DNA from: an uncultured Candidatus Rokubacteria bacterium
GTDB taxonomy: Bacteria; Methylomirabilota; Methylomirabilia; Rokubacteriales; CSP1-6
Assembly: GCA_963754315.1 (NCBI GenBank)
Contig: CAVWFS010000005.1
Location: 96,001 to 160,000 of the forward strand
Length of the DNA stretch: 64,000 nucleotides
Reading direction: 5' to 3'
The number at the start of each line of letters is the position of its first letter. The first letter of the stretch is position 1. The notes under the pieces were generated by a model. It saw only the letters and a program-made list of their open reading frames with translations. It was not told the DNA's origin and ran no database searches. Of the stretch, positions 1-10,963 are shown piece by piece. A program made the translations under genes and the position numbers.

Positions 1-2
1 GC

Positions 3-212
3 GAGCTCGCGACCCTTGCGCCCCCGCCCCCCGAGCTTCAGCGGCTGCTGGCGGCCGTGCACGGCAATCAGGAAGCCATGGACGGGTTCGCGCGGGTCAA
101 CGCCGGAGTGACGTCGCCAGCCGAGTTCTTTTCCGAAGAGAGCGTCGGACGGATTCTCGCCGCGGCCGGCGATAGCGGCGGCAACGTCCATCTATTGGAG
201 CTTCGGTCGTGA
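3..212 (+). CDS. C-terminal end of a probable NAD(P)/FAD-dependent oxidoreductase (partial, runs off window start)
   Basis: Manual translation ELATLAPPPPELQRLLAAVHGNQEAMDGFARVNAGVTSPAEFFSEESVGRILAAA...; resembles the C-terminus of this family; TGA at 210-212. Confidence 0.55.
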   Translation, partial: ELATLAPPPPELQRLLAAVHGNQEAMDGFARVNAGVTSPAEFFSEESVGRILAAAGDSGGNVHLLELRS

Positions 213-258
213 CGTCGTCGTGCACCGGAGCCTCGATGTTCCGTGCGTTGCTCCCGCG

Positions 259-1237
259 TCATCCGCGGGAGAGAAGCCGGGCGATAGGACGGGCGTTCCG
301 GAGCCTGGGTTCCAGCACATCCCGAAGCGCATCGCCGAGAAGGTTGAACCCCAGCACCGTCACGAAAATGGCGAGGCCGGGAAAGATTCCAGCCCAGGGA
401 GCCCTGGTGACGTGTCCCTGCGCCGCCGCCGTGAGCATGCCCCCCCAGCTCGGGACATCCGGGGGAACGCCGACCCCGAGAAAGCTCAGCGAAGCCTCGA
501 GGATGATCGCGAACCCCAGGTAATAGGTGGCCAGGATCAGATAGATGGCCAGACAGTTTGGCATGATGTGGCGAACGATCACACGCGCCGACGCGGCGCC
601 GATCGCCCTGGCCGCCAGCACATACTCCATCTCCTTCACCGAGAGAACCTGCGACCGGACGGTGCGGACCACCGGGCGCCAGCATTCCGATGACGATCGC
701 GATGATGACGTTGTTCAACGACGAGCCCAGGACAGCCATGATGGCCAGCACGATGATCAAGCCCGGGACGGCCATCATGGCATCCACGATTCTCTGCACG
801 AAGAGGTCGACCTTGCGGCCGGCATAGGCGGTGGCCATCCCGACCACGAACCATCCGGTCACGCCGATCAGGACAGCGCCAAGGCCGACGTACAGGGAGA
901 TTCGCGCCCCGTAGATGATCCGGCTGGCCAGATCTCTGCCCACGTGGTCGGTGCCGAGGAGATACGTCTTGCCCGGCGCCACGTAGACGGGCACTCGATT
1001 GTTTTCCTCCCGAATGATCTGTCGGGGATCGTATGGAGAGATCAGGGGAGCCAGCAGGGCCGTCACGAGCAAGGCGAGGACGATGAGCCCGCCCACGGCG
1101 CCCAGTGGTTTCCCTCTGGCGAACTTGGCCACTGTCATCATCGGAGCCCACAGCGCGCGCCATTCCACACGAAGCTGGGGCATGGCTCTCCCGGCGGCCA
1201 ACCCCCGATCCACGGTCAGCTTCTCTTCTGGCGTCAT
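259..1237 (-). CDS. Peptide/nickel ABC transporter permease, DppC/OppC-like (frameshift near 675)
   Basis: LLGTDHVGRDLASRIIYGARISL in ORF 68..1237; EAA-loop region EYVLAARAIGA and EASLSFLGVG in ORF 259..672. Confidence 0.9.
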
Positions 1238-1240
1238 CGC

Positions 1241-2204
1241 TTACTGGTAGCGGATCCTGGGGTCCAGCACGCCGTAGAGCAGGTCGATCAGCAGATTCAG
1301 AATCAGCACGACCGCTGCCATGAGCAGCACCACCGCCTGAATCACGATGAAGTCCCGGTGCACGATGCTGTCGATCAGGAGGGTTCCCAGGCCGGGCACC
1401 ACGAAGATCGACTCGACGATGATCACGCCTCCCAAGAGCCGGGTGAACTGATAGCCGGAGACGGTCAACACAGGCAGGAGGGCGTTTTTCAGGGCATGCC
1501 GTCCGACGACCAGGCGCTCCATCAGGCCCTTGGCGCGAGCGGTTCGAAGATAGTCCTCCCGCATCACCTCCAGCATCGTGGAGCGGGTCACTCTCGGCCG
1601 TGAAGGCAAGATCGGTGAAGGCAAGGGTCAGCGCCGGCAGGATCAGCTGCTGCAGGTTCAGGAGGGGGTCGTCTCTCAGGGTGGCGTAGCCCAGGGGCGG
1701 TAACCACTCAAAGAAGGTCGCGAGAGTGTAGACGAGCACGATGCCCAGCCAGAACGTGGGCAGCGCGATGCCGATGACGGAGAAGACCCGGCTGAAATAG
1801 TCGAAGGCGGTGTCCTGCTTCACGGCGGAAATGACGCCCAGAGGCACGGCCGCACCGATGGCCAGGACGATAGCCATGACCGCGAGCTCCATGGTGACGA
1901 GAAACCGGTCCTTCAACTGCTCCCATACAGGCGTCCGGTACCACAGGGACATCCCCAGATCGCCCCGGAGCACGTTCCCGAGCCAGCTTGCGTATTGAAC
2001 GTAGAGCGGGCGGTCGAGACCCAGCTGCTGCCGCAATTGCTGGAGCTGTTCCGGAGCGACCGAGCCGGTGTCACCTTCCCCGCCCGCGAGGATGGTCAGG
2101 GCCGGGTCTCCGGGGACGATCCAGAAGAGCGCAAAGACGAGGATCGTCGCGACCAGCAAGGTGGGGATGAAGAGCAGCGCTCTTCCGAGGGCGTACTGTC
2201 CCAT
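1241..2204 (-). CDS. Peptide/nickel ABC transporter permease, DppB/OppB-like (frameshift near 1600)
   Basis: IVPGDPA, LGLDRPLYVQY, GDLGMS in ORF 636..2204; EDYLRTARAKGL and LDPRIRY in ORF 1241..1624. Confidence 0.9.
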
Positions 2205-2219
2205 GCCGAGCCCCGGACG

Positions 2220-3953
2220 TCAGTGTCCAGGCACCGAGGCCTCGGGATCCCACCAGATGTGTTCGAAGTGCTTCACGATCTGCTCCGATCCGGGGACGTG
2301 GAAGTTCCGGAGCCGGTAGTCCATCATGCCGCCCGACGATCCCCAGGTGAGGGGCACCATGTGACTCTCCCCCTGCCGGAGAATATCCACCGCCTCCCTG
2401 AACAGGCGTAGGCGCTTCGGCCACTCGGGCTCCCGCGCCTGCGCCAGGATGATCTCGGCCAGCCTCGGCTGACGCCAGCTATCGGGATTCTTCTGGCCGC
2501 CGATGACGAGGAAATGCTGATTCAAGTAGTCCGCGGGATCGAGAATGATGACCCCGGATGAGTCCGACGAGGCATGATGCGTCCCCCGGATGATGCGGTC
2601 GACCTGGGTGGCTCGATCCACGACCTCCACGGTGAAGTCGATGCCGAGGCTCTTCCTCAATTGCTCGGCCACGACCTCGGCCTGTTTGACCACCATGGGA
2701 ACGTTTCCCACGTTCAGGGTGGCCTTGAGGCCGTTGGCATGGCCCGCGGCCGCCATGAGCGCTTTGGCCTCCGCCACATCCTGGTCCTTGGGCCGGCGCC
2801 AGCCCTTCACCTGCGCGAGCTCCTCCGGAGACTCGACGATCTTGCCTCCCTTGTTCGGCAGGAACGTCCCGACAGAGCCGAAGCAGCCAAACGACTCCGC
2901 ACACCGGACGATCTTCACCAGCTCGTGCCGGTCGATGGCCAGGAAGACGGCCCGCCTCACCCGCACGTCGTTGAAGGGGGGCTTGTTCATGTGCAAGACC
3001 AGGTACGTTTGTACGGCCTCGGGAATGTAGATGGCCCTCACGCGACCCTTGGTCTCCCGCTGAATCCGCATCGGGTCTTCGTTGCCGTAGGTGCCGATGG
3101 TCGGTCCCTCGGTGGTATGGGCCTGCCCCACCTGCATGGCCGCCAGGCGTCGGTTGTAGTCCCGGACGATCGTGAACAGCATGCCGTCGAAATACGGCAA
3201 GCCCTTCTTGAAGTAGTTCGTGTTTCGCACGTATTCGATCGAGATGTTCGGCTTGAACTCCTTGAGCTTCCACGGACCGGACCCGATCAGCTTTCCCGGT
3301 TTCTGCGCGTCCTCCGGCGAGAGGGCGCCCGCGACGTGTTTCGGATACATCTTCATATACTCCGAGGCCAGATTCTCGAGGAACAAGGGGGTGGCGAACT
3401 TGATGGGAACCCTGATCGTCCGGTCGTCGACCACCTGAGCGCTCTGGTGCTCGTAGAACGTGCGCAAGACGCCGGTCCTGACTCTGATGGCGCCGGGCTC
3501 GACGATCCGATCCAGCGAGAACTTGATGTCCTCGGCGGTGACGGGTTGCCCATCGTGCCACTGCGCCTGTCGCAAGCGGAACGTATAGGTTTTCCCGTCG
3601 CGACTCACCGTCCAGCTCTCGCAGAGATCGCACACGATCTCGTCGGGATTGACCGGATTGTGGTAGACAAGCCCGTTGAACTGAGGCGAGGAGGGCATGA
3701 GGCAGTCGGGAAGGGTGCCGCACGCGTGGACGTCCCACTGGCCCGGGTTGAAGCCGGTGATCCCCTTGAGGACCATCTTCTGGTATTTCCCCTTGGCGAC
3801 CCAGTCCGGCGGCCACGGGAAGCTGAACGTCTGGCCGTCGGCCGAGGACGTTTGGGCGTCCACGGCGGCTGGCGGCGCAGCCACCACCGACGTCAAGAGG
3901 AGCAACAAGGCGAGGGCCACACCATTCACTCTGCCTGTGCTTGCGCGTGCCAT
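2220..3953 (-). CDS. ABC transporter substrate-binding protein, family 5
   Basis: Signal peptide; DLCESWTVSRDGKTYTFRLR, WHDGQPVTAEDIKFS, PPFNDVRVRRAVFLAIDR; upstream of two permeases. Confidence 0.9.
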   Translation of the reverse strand: MARASTGRVNGVALALLLLLTSVVAAPPAAVDAQTSSADGQTFSFPWPPDWVAKGKYQKMVLKGITGFNPGQWDVHACGTLPDCLMPSSPQFNGLVYHNPVNPDEIVCDLCESWTVSRDGKTYTFRLRQAQWHDGQPVTAEDIKFSLDRIVEPGAIRVRTGVLRTFYEHQSAQVVDDRTIRVPIKFATPLFLENLASEYMKMYPKHVAGALSPEDAQKPGKLIGSGPWKLKEFKPNISIEYVRNTNYFKKGLPYFDGMLFTIVRDYNRRLAAMQVGQAHTTEGPTIGTYGNEDPMRIQRETKGRVRAIYIPEAVQTYLVLHMNKPPFNDVRVRRAVFLAIDRHELVKIVRCAESFGCFGSVGTFLPNKGGKIVESPEELAQVKGWRRPKDQDVAEAKALMAAAGHANGLKATLNVGNVPMVVKQAEVVAEQLRKSLGIDFTVEVVDRATQVDRIIRGTHHASSDSSGVIILDPADYLNQHFLVIGGQKNPDSWRQPRLAEIILAQAREPEWPKRLRLFREAVDILRQGESHMVPLTWGSSGGMMDYRLRNFHVPGSEQIVKHFEHIWWDPEASVPGH

Positions 3954-3994
3954 GCTGACCTCCTTGTCGTATCCCGTGCCACACCCGATCCGTG

Positions 3995-6900
3995 TCAGGC
4001 GAGAGTGTCGAGCATGCGCCTAGCCTCGCGCAGATCGCGCGTATCGAAGCCCTCGCTGAACCAGCTATAGACCTCGGCGAGTTGGCGGCGTGCCTCCTCC
4101 CGGCGGTTTTGCTCTATGAGGACCCGTGCCCGGCTCATGGTCGCGCGGAGCTCGAGCGACTTTTCGCCTCGACTCCGGGCCACCTCGATCGCGGCCCGGA
4201 ATCGCGACTCGCCGTCGCCTGTCCTGCCGCCTCTCGCCATCAGCTCGCCTTCGAGCCGGAGCACCTCCGCTGCGCAGAATGCCTGCCGATCGGTCTCGCC
4301 AATCGAGGCGAGGGCTCGACGGCCCTCCTCCAGACAACCGGCGATCAGACACGCCTCGGCGAGGGTGCAGAGGGAGACGACCTGACGCCACGCGGCGCCA
4401 CGCCGCTGCGCGACTTCCCGAGCCAACCCGGCCAAGGTCTCGGGACTCACCGGCTCTGCGGCCATCGCGAAGGGCAGGGCACGTGCGTTCCCGAGCCACG
4501 TGAAGAAGCCGTAGGTGGTGCCGATGTCGATGAGCTTTCGTACGATCTGGGCCGTCGCGTCGTACTCGCCCCGCTGATAGTACAGCCACGCCGCGAACCA
4601 GTACGTGATGCTCGTGGTCATCGGGTGGTCAAGCGCCGCGGCAAGCCGGAGGGCGTCGCGCAAGGTGGCCAGTGCTCGATCGGGATAGCCAAGGAGCCAC
4701 TGGTTGGCGGCGAGCTGATAGCGCGCGCAGACGCCAGGATCGTGGCCGCCGTACAGCAGTGCCTGCGACGCGTGATGCTCGCGGTCGTAGAGCGCGATTC
4801 CCCGCTCGCCGTAGGCGGCGGCCGTGCTCGCTTGTCCCATTGCGGTGGCGGTCGCCCACAGCGCGTGGTACGCCTCCAAGAGTCGCCCCGTGTCCTCCCC
4901 ACTCTGGGCGTCTTCGAGCAACCGTTCGCCAGCCTCCCGCGCCGCCGTGTAGTCACCCCGGTTATAGGCGACAAACCACAGGCCCCAAAGAACGGGAAAG
5001 CGGCGGGGTAAGTCGCCAAGCCGGTTCACGAGATCGAGCGCGTGGGTGTACGACGCCTCAACCTGCTCGGCCCCGGCGCCGTGCAACGCGATCAGCGCGG
5101 TTCCGAGCGTCATCCGGATGTCCAGCGTGCTGGACAGGATCGCCGGCGTCTCGGGGAGCTTGGCGACATGGGCGAGGGCGGTCTCGAGGAAGTCCCTAGC
5201 CTCGCGATTGGCCGACCGAGCCACCGCCTTCGCTCCGGCTTGAGCAAGATAGGTCACGGCCTTCTCCGTCAGTCCGCCACCGACGGCATGATGAGCGAGC
5301 ACCTCCACCTGCTCGGCCACCCCGTCGGCATGCAGGCGCTCGATCGCCTCCACGAGCGCGGCGTGCAATGCGCGCCGCCGCTCGTGCAGGACGGCACCAT
5401 AGGCGACCTCGTGGGTCAGGGCGTGCTTGAACGTGTACTCGAGATCGGGGAACAGGCGCGCCTCGTACAGGAACTCCGCGGTCTGGAGCTCCGCGATCGC
5501 TTGTCGCAGCTCCTCGTCTGCCATCTCGGCCACGGCGGCGAGGAGCGGGAACGGCACGTCCTTGCCCACGACGGCGGCGGCCTGGAGCAGACGCCTGAGG
5601 CTCGGGTGGAAGTCGGTCGATGCGCGCGGCCAGAATCGCCTGGACGGTCGCCGGCATCTGGAGGGTTTCAGGCGGGCGGGCGAGCTGGTAGGCGCCGGGT
5701 TGGCCGACGAGCATGCCGGTCTCGACGAGCGTCCGCACGCTCTCCTCGAGAAACAGCGGGTTGCCCTCGGTCCGTTCGATGAGGGCCGCCTTGAGAGGCT
5801 GCACACGCGCCTGGCCACCCAGGAGCCCTTGCAAGAGCTCGTCGGCGCTCTCGGGCGCCAATGGATCGAGCCGAAGCTGGCGGTAATACGTCTTGTTGCC
5901 CCACTCGTGGCGGTACTCGGGGCGATAGTTCACGGCGAGGAGGATGGGCGCCGTCGGCAAACTCTCGACAAGGCTATCGAGCACACCTTGGGTTTCGGCA
6001 TCGACCCAGTGCAGGTCCTCGAAGACGAGGAGCAGGGGTTGAACCCCGCTCTCGCGCAGGAGTATCCGCTTCACGGCCTCGAGGGCCCGCCGCCGCCGCT
6101 CCGCAGGCTCGAGCGCGAAGAACGAATCCTCGGGCGGAAGAGCGTCCAGCACCCACGTGATGGCCGGCAGAGTGTCCTCCAGCGCTCGATCGAGCGTGAG
6201 AACGGTGCCGGTCACCTTGGCGCGGACGCCGCGGACATCGTCGCCGTCCTCGATCCGGAAGTAGCTCCGCAGCAGAGAGATCACGGGCAGAAACGAGGTC
6301 GCTCGGCCGTAGGAGACCGAGCTGGCCTCGAGCGCGAGCCATCCCTGACTGTGGTGCGACCGGAGGAACTCATAGAACAGCCGCGACTTCCCCACGCCGG
6401 GATCGCCGACCACCGCGACGAGCTGTCCCCGGCCCCGCCGGGCCTGCTCCGCCGCCTGGCGAAGCTGGTCCATCTCCGTATCACGGCCGACGAAACGGGT
6501 GAAGCCGCGGGTCGATGTTGCCTGCAGGCGCGTGCGGACGCGCGTAGCGCCGCTGAGCTCGAAGACCTCGACGGGTTCGGCCACCCCCTTGACCGGGATC
6601 GGCCCGAGTGCCTTCACCTCGATGAAGCCCTCGGCGAACTGCAGCACTGCGAGCGTGAGTCGGATGGCGCCGGGAGGCGCGAGCTGCTCCATCCGCGCCG
6701 CCAGATGCGTCGTCTGCCCCACGGCGGTGTAGTCCATGCGCAGGTCGCTGGCGATGGAGCGAAGCACGACCTCTCCCGAGTTCAGTCCCACACGGATCTG
6801 GACCTCGATGCCGCGGCTTCGCCGCATCTCGTCCGTGACGCGCCGGATGGCCTCCTGCATGCGGAGGGCGGCGTAGCACGCGCGCAGAGCATGGTCCTCG

Positions 6901-7349
6901 TGGGCGAGCGGGGCGCCGAAGAGCGCCATGATCCCGTCGCCCATGACCTGGTTGACGGTTCCCTCGTACCGGTGCACCGCCTCCATCATCAGTTCGAGGA
7001 CCGAGTCGAGAACCGTGCGCGCCTCTTCGGGATCACGGTCAGCCAGCAGTTCCATCGAGCCCTTCATATCGGCAAAAAGGACCGTGACTTGCTTTCGCTC
7101 ACCCTCGAGCGCCGCCCTCGAGGTCAGGATCTTCTCGGCGAGGCGCTTCGGCGTGTATGCCTCGGGGGCTTGGAACCGCGCCTGACTTGCCGACAGCGCT
7201 CCCACCAGGCTTCCGCACTTGTTACAGAACCGCGATCCAGCGGGAAGCTCGGCGCCACACGCCGCACAAACAAGGGCCAAGCGTGCCCCGCAGTCGAGAC
7301 AGAAATTCGAGCCAGGCGGGTTCTCCCGCTGGCACTGGGGACACTTCAT
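3995..7349 (-). CDS. Double zinc ribbon + class III adenylate/guanylate cyclase + AAA ATPase + TPR protein (frameshift near 5600)
   Basis: CPQC/CLDC/CAAC/CNKC; ERKQVTVLFAD, MGDGIMALFGAP, GQTTHLAARME; Walker A GDPGVGKS; FKHALTHEVAY; EGFDTRDL C-terminus. Confidence 0.9.
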
Positions 7350-7366
7350 GGCGGGGCCTCCATGCG

Positions 7367-7436
7367 GCAGGCCGTTCTCGAATTGATCGGTGGGCCGAGC
7401 CTAGCGCCCGGGTCGCTCGCGGTCAACAGCAGCCCC
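7367..7436 (-). promoter_or_regulatory. Copy 1 of a ~70-bp direct repeat; contains a sigma70-like promoter (TTGACC-N17-TAGGCT) for the cyclase gene
   Basis: Near-identical to 8199..8267; minus strand reads ttgacc gcgagcgacccgggcgc taggct. Confidence 0.75.
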
Positions 7437-7485
7437 AGGTCGCCGACCGTGGACTGAACCCGAGCTCCCCTCAGCGGAGGCGCCG

Positions 7486-7906
7486 TTACGGAACGAGCGT
7501 GACGGCTACCCCGAGACGCCTCGCAGACCGGGACAGGTCCCGGTCGGCGGTCGCTAGGCGGAGCCCCTCAAGTGTCGGCAACGGCGAGGTGGAGCGCATC
7601 CAGCGCCTGAAGTGGCAACGAGAATCGGGCAAGCCAGCCTCGGGCGGCATCGTAGTGCCGACGCTCGATCGCGATGCGCGCGTACAGGCCCGCCTGGAGA
7701 TGGTCGACGAACTGCAACCCTGTCCGCCTGGCGTCCGTCGCCGACATGTCTTTCATGCGCACTTTTCTTGCCAGAGCGGAGAAGAACTCCACTTCGATCA
7801 GGTCGCTCACCGTCGGGCTCGAGTCGGAACGAAGAGTCCGTTCCGCCACCTGACTCAAGGCTTCGGGGCAGTAGTACGGGACCAAGAGGCTGGTATCGAT
7901 GTACAT
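7486..7906 (-). CDS. VapC/PIN-domain toxin (frameshift near 7570)
   Basis: MYIDTSLLV...LQALDALHLAVA, continuing in another frame as EGLRLATADRDL...VTLVP*; TGATG overlap with antitoxin. Confidence 0.85.
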
Positions 7907-8142
7907 CAGTAGCGCGCGTTCCGACGAGCACGGACGACCGTCCGGCTCACCGGCTCGCCCGTCACACGAATCGATGCGCGGAACGATCCCAGAGGCGGCA
8001 GCCGTCGTTTGCTTGGGCGCGGATGGACCAATCGGGCTACCTCTCGTCCACGCCGAACCACCGATACCTTGTGACCCGAGGACACCTCGTCGAGAAGAGC
8101 CTTGAGCCTGCTGCGCGCCTCAGCGACACTGACCGTCTTCAA
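7906..8142 (-). CDS. Phd/YefM-type antitoxin
   Basis: TTG start after AGGAGG; KTVSVAEARSRLKALLDEV...VVRRGREVARLV. Confidence 0.85.
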   Translation of the reverse strand: MKTVSVAEARSRLKALLDEVSSGHKVSVVRRGREVARLVHPRPSKRRLPPLGSFRASIRVTGEPVSRTVVRARRNARY

Positions 8143-8198
8143 GTGCTGCGTCCTCCTGTACAAATGAATTGTAGATGAGAAAAGTGGGTCACACACGA

Positions 8199-8267
8199 GC
8201 AGGCCGTTGCCGAATCGATCGGTGGGCCGAGCCCAGCGCCGGGTCGCTCGCGGTCAACAGCGGCCCC
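8199..8267 (-). repeat. Copy 2 of the ~70-bp direct repeat, upstream of the vapBC module
   Basis: gcaggccgttgccgaatcgatcggtgggccgagcccagcgccgggtcgctcgcggtcaacagcggcccc vs 7367..7436. Confidence 0.85.
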
Positions 8268-8290
8268 GCTCGCGATCGTCGTACCGCCCC

Positions 8291-9716
8291 TCAGCCCAGG
8301 CGCGGTGCTGCCTCGATCCGTGAGCGGCCGCGCGTGAGCGAGGCAGCGAGCGCCAGCGCCACCAGGACGGCGCACGCCAGGCACGTCGCGTTGATCGCCG
8401 CGACGAAGGCGGCCGGATCGTCCGGCGTCGGCGCGAGGCCGGCCGTCCCCGTATAGCGGCGGAAGGCCGTGGTCATGAGCAGGCCCGCCAGCGAGATCCC
8501 CAGCAGCGATCCCACGCCGAAGACCGTCTGGACCATCCCGGTGGCAAAGCCGCGGTATTCCCTCGGGCACGGAGCCGACCAGAGCGGCCTGATTGGCGGT
8601 GTTGAAGAACCCCGTCCCCAGCCCGGTAAAGATCATGGCCAGCGCGGGCAGCAGCCACGACGAGTCGACCCGCAGCAGGAACCCGACGACAAAGGCACCC
8701 AGGGTCAGCACGATCCCGATGGAGGTCGGTGGTCGCGGACCCAGCCGATCGGTGAGCACGCCGCTCAGGCTCGCGCACACGATGGTGGCCACGGGCGCGC
8801 CCAGGAAGACGAGACCCATGAACGAGGGCGACAGGCCGAGCACACTCTGCATGTAGAAGGGCAGCAGGAAGCCCAGCACGCTGTTGGCCGTGCCGAGGAC
8901 GAGCAGGCTCACCACGCTGGCCGTGAACATCCGGATCCTGAACAGCGCGAAGTTGACGATGGGATCGCTCGCCCGCCACTCCTGGACGACGAAGCCCACG
9001 ACGGCGCCGACCAGAACGAGGGCCACCGCGCTCGAGCGGCCGGCTCCGACCAGGGCGGCGCCTTTCCGGTCGAGCAGCAGGGTGAGCGCGACGGTGATCG
9101 CGACGAGGAGTGCGGCGCCGACATAGTCGATGGGCGGTCGGTCGCCCCGGGTGACCACCTGGACGCGACGAGCGCGCATCGCGGTGAGCACCACGCCGGT
9201 GATCCCCAGAGGGACGAGCAGGAAGAAAACCCACCGCCATCCGAGCCAGTCGATCACGAGCCCGCCGAGCGGGGGCCCGATCAGAAAGCCCACGTGATAG
9301 CTCATGGTCATGAGACCGTTCGCCTTGCCCTCCGAGCCCTCGGGCATGGCGTCCATGGCCAGCACGCGAGTGGCCGAGGAGATCATGGCCGCGCCGACGC
9401 CCTGGAATGCGCGGAAGAGCACGAGGAGGAGCACATTGGCGGCAAGCCCGCACAGCAGCGAGGTCGCGGCCAGGATGGCAAACCCGAGGCCGTAGATCGC
9501 GTATCGCCCGTAGACGTCGCCGACGCGGCCGAAGACCACCGACAGGCTGATGCCGGCTAGCTGGTAGGCGATCAGAGCCCAGGAGATGCCAAGAATGTCG
9601 GCGTCGAGGGCGGCGGCGATGGTGGGCAGCGCCACGATGAAGATGCGCGAGGCGAAGCCCGTGAGGAACTGGCCCATGACGGCGTTGGTGAGAAGGAGCC
9701 GATCGATCCCGGGCAC
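8291..9716 (-). CDS. MFS drug/H+ antiporter, EmrB/QacA-like (frameshift near 8560)
   Basis: VALPTIAAAL, GRVGDVYGR, FRAFQGVGAA, GPPLGG; last helices in ORF 8291..8536. Confidence 0.85.
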
Positions 9717-9814
9717 CGGCGCACCCTACCACACCACCGTCGTCGTCATGGTCGCCAGCCTGCTTGACGGTGGCCTTCTCCCCGAACCATGATGTGTGAC
9801 TGGTCGAGCGGGAG

Positions 9815-10954
9815 ATGACCACCATGAAGATGCTGCGGACGCCCTTCCTGCTCCTGCCTGTCTTGCTCCTGACGCTCGTCGCGGGGCGCCGCGCCGAGGC
9901 GCTGGCCATTCCCGGCCCCTGCGAGGATGGCCTGCTGCCGAGCGGTGCGCTGTCACGCGTCTGCGTGCCCACCTTCGGCTGGAACGGCCAGCTCGTCGTC
10001 TTTGCTCACGGGTACGTCGCGTTCAACCAGCCCATCGGCTTCTATCACCTCGAGTTGCCTGATGGGACGAACATTCCGACGCTCGTGCAAATCCTCGGTT
10101 TTGCCTTCGCGACGACGAGCTACCGGCAAAATGGTCTGGCCATCCTGGAGGGAGTGGAGGACATCCGCGAGCTCATCGCCGCCTTCAAGGCGGCCGCCCC
10201 TCTGGATCCACTGCGCACGTACGTGACGGGGGTCTCCGAAGGCGGCATCATCGCCGCCCTGCTGGCCGAGCGTTTCCCGGACATGTTCACGGGCGCCCTC
10301 GCCACCTGCGGTCCCATCGGGAGTTTCCGCGGACAGGTCAACTACGTCGGCGATTTCCGGGTGCTGTTCGACTACTACTTTCCCGGCGTCATTCCCGGCT
10401 CGCCAACGTCCATACCGCCCGAGGTGATCGATTCGTGGAACACGGTGTACCAGCCGCACGTCCTCGCCGCGATCGCGGCCAATCCCCCCGCGGCACGGGA
10501 ACTGCTCCGGGTCGCGCGCGTGCCCTTCGACAGCTCGGATCCGACGACGATCGCGCAGAGCGTCGTCGGCGTGCTCTGGTACAACATCTTCGGCACCAAC
10601 GACGCGAACGCGAAACTTGGAGGCAACCCCTATGGCAACCGCTTCCGTTGGTATTTCGGGTCGTCTGACGACCTCAGGCTGAACCTCGGTGTCCGGCGCT
10701 TCCGCGCGACAGCGGCCGCCCTCACCGCCCTGGCGGCGTACGAAACGAGCGGCGACCTCCGCATCCCGCTGGTAACCTTGCACACCACGCAGGACGAGAT
10801 CATCCCCGTGTGGCACGAGCTGCTCTACCTCTTCAAGCAGCGGCCGACGGCGAACGGCGTGTTTCTGCCCATCCCGGTGGATCGCTACGGGCACTGCGCA
10901 TTCACAGCGACGGAGGTTCTCGCGGCCTTTGGCCTCCTGCTGAGTCTCCCCTAA
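9815..10954 (+). CDS. Secreted alpha/beta-hydrolase
   Basis: Signal peptide; FAHGY oxyanion region, GVSEGG nucleophile elbow, DEIIP and GHC triad candidates. Confidence 0.75.
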   Translation: MTTMKMLRTPFLLLPVLLLTLVAGRRAEALAIPGPCEDGLLPSGALSRVCVPTFGWNGQLVVFAHGYVAFNQPIGFYHLELPDGTNIPTLVQILGFAFATTSYRQNGLAILEGVEDIRELIAAFKAAAPLDPLRTYVTGVSEGGIIAALLAERFPDMFTGALATCGPIGSFRGQVNYVGDFRVLFDYYFPGVIPGSPTSIPPEVIDSWNTVYQPHVLAAIAANPPAARELLRVARVPFDSSDPTTIAQSVVGVLWYNIFGTNDANAKLGGNPYGNRFRWYFGSSDDLRLNLGVRRFRATAAALTALAAYETSGDLRIPLVTLHTTQDEIIPVWHELLYLFKQRPTANGVFLPIPVDRYGHCAFTATEVLAAFGLLLSLP

Positions 10955-10963
10955 GCGGCCACG

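Noticed and set aside
3995..7349. Cyclase-ATPase-TPR protein as a novel defence system
   Set aside because: This is a common, widely expanded architecture and no effector partner is adjacent.
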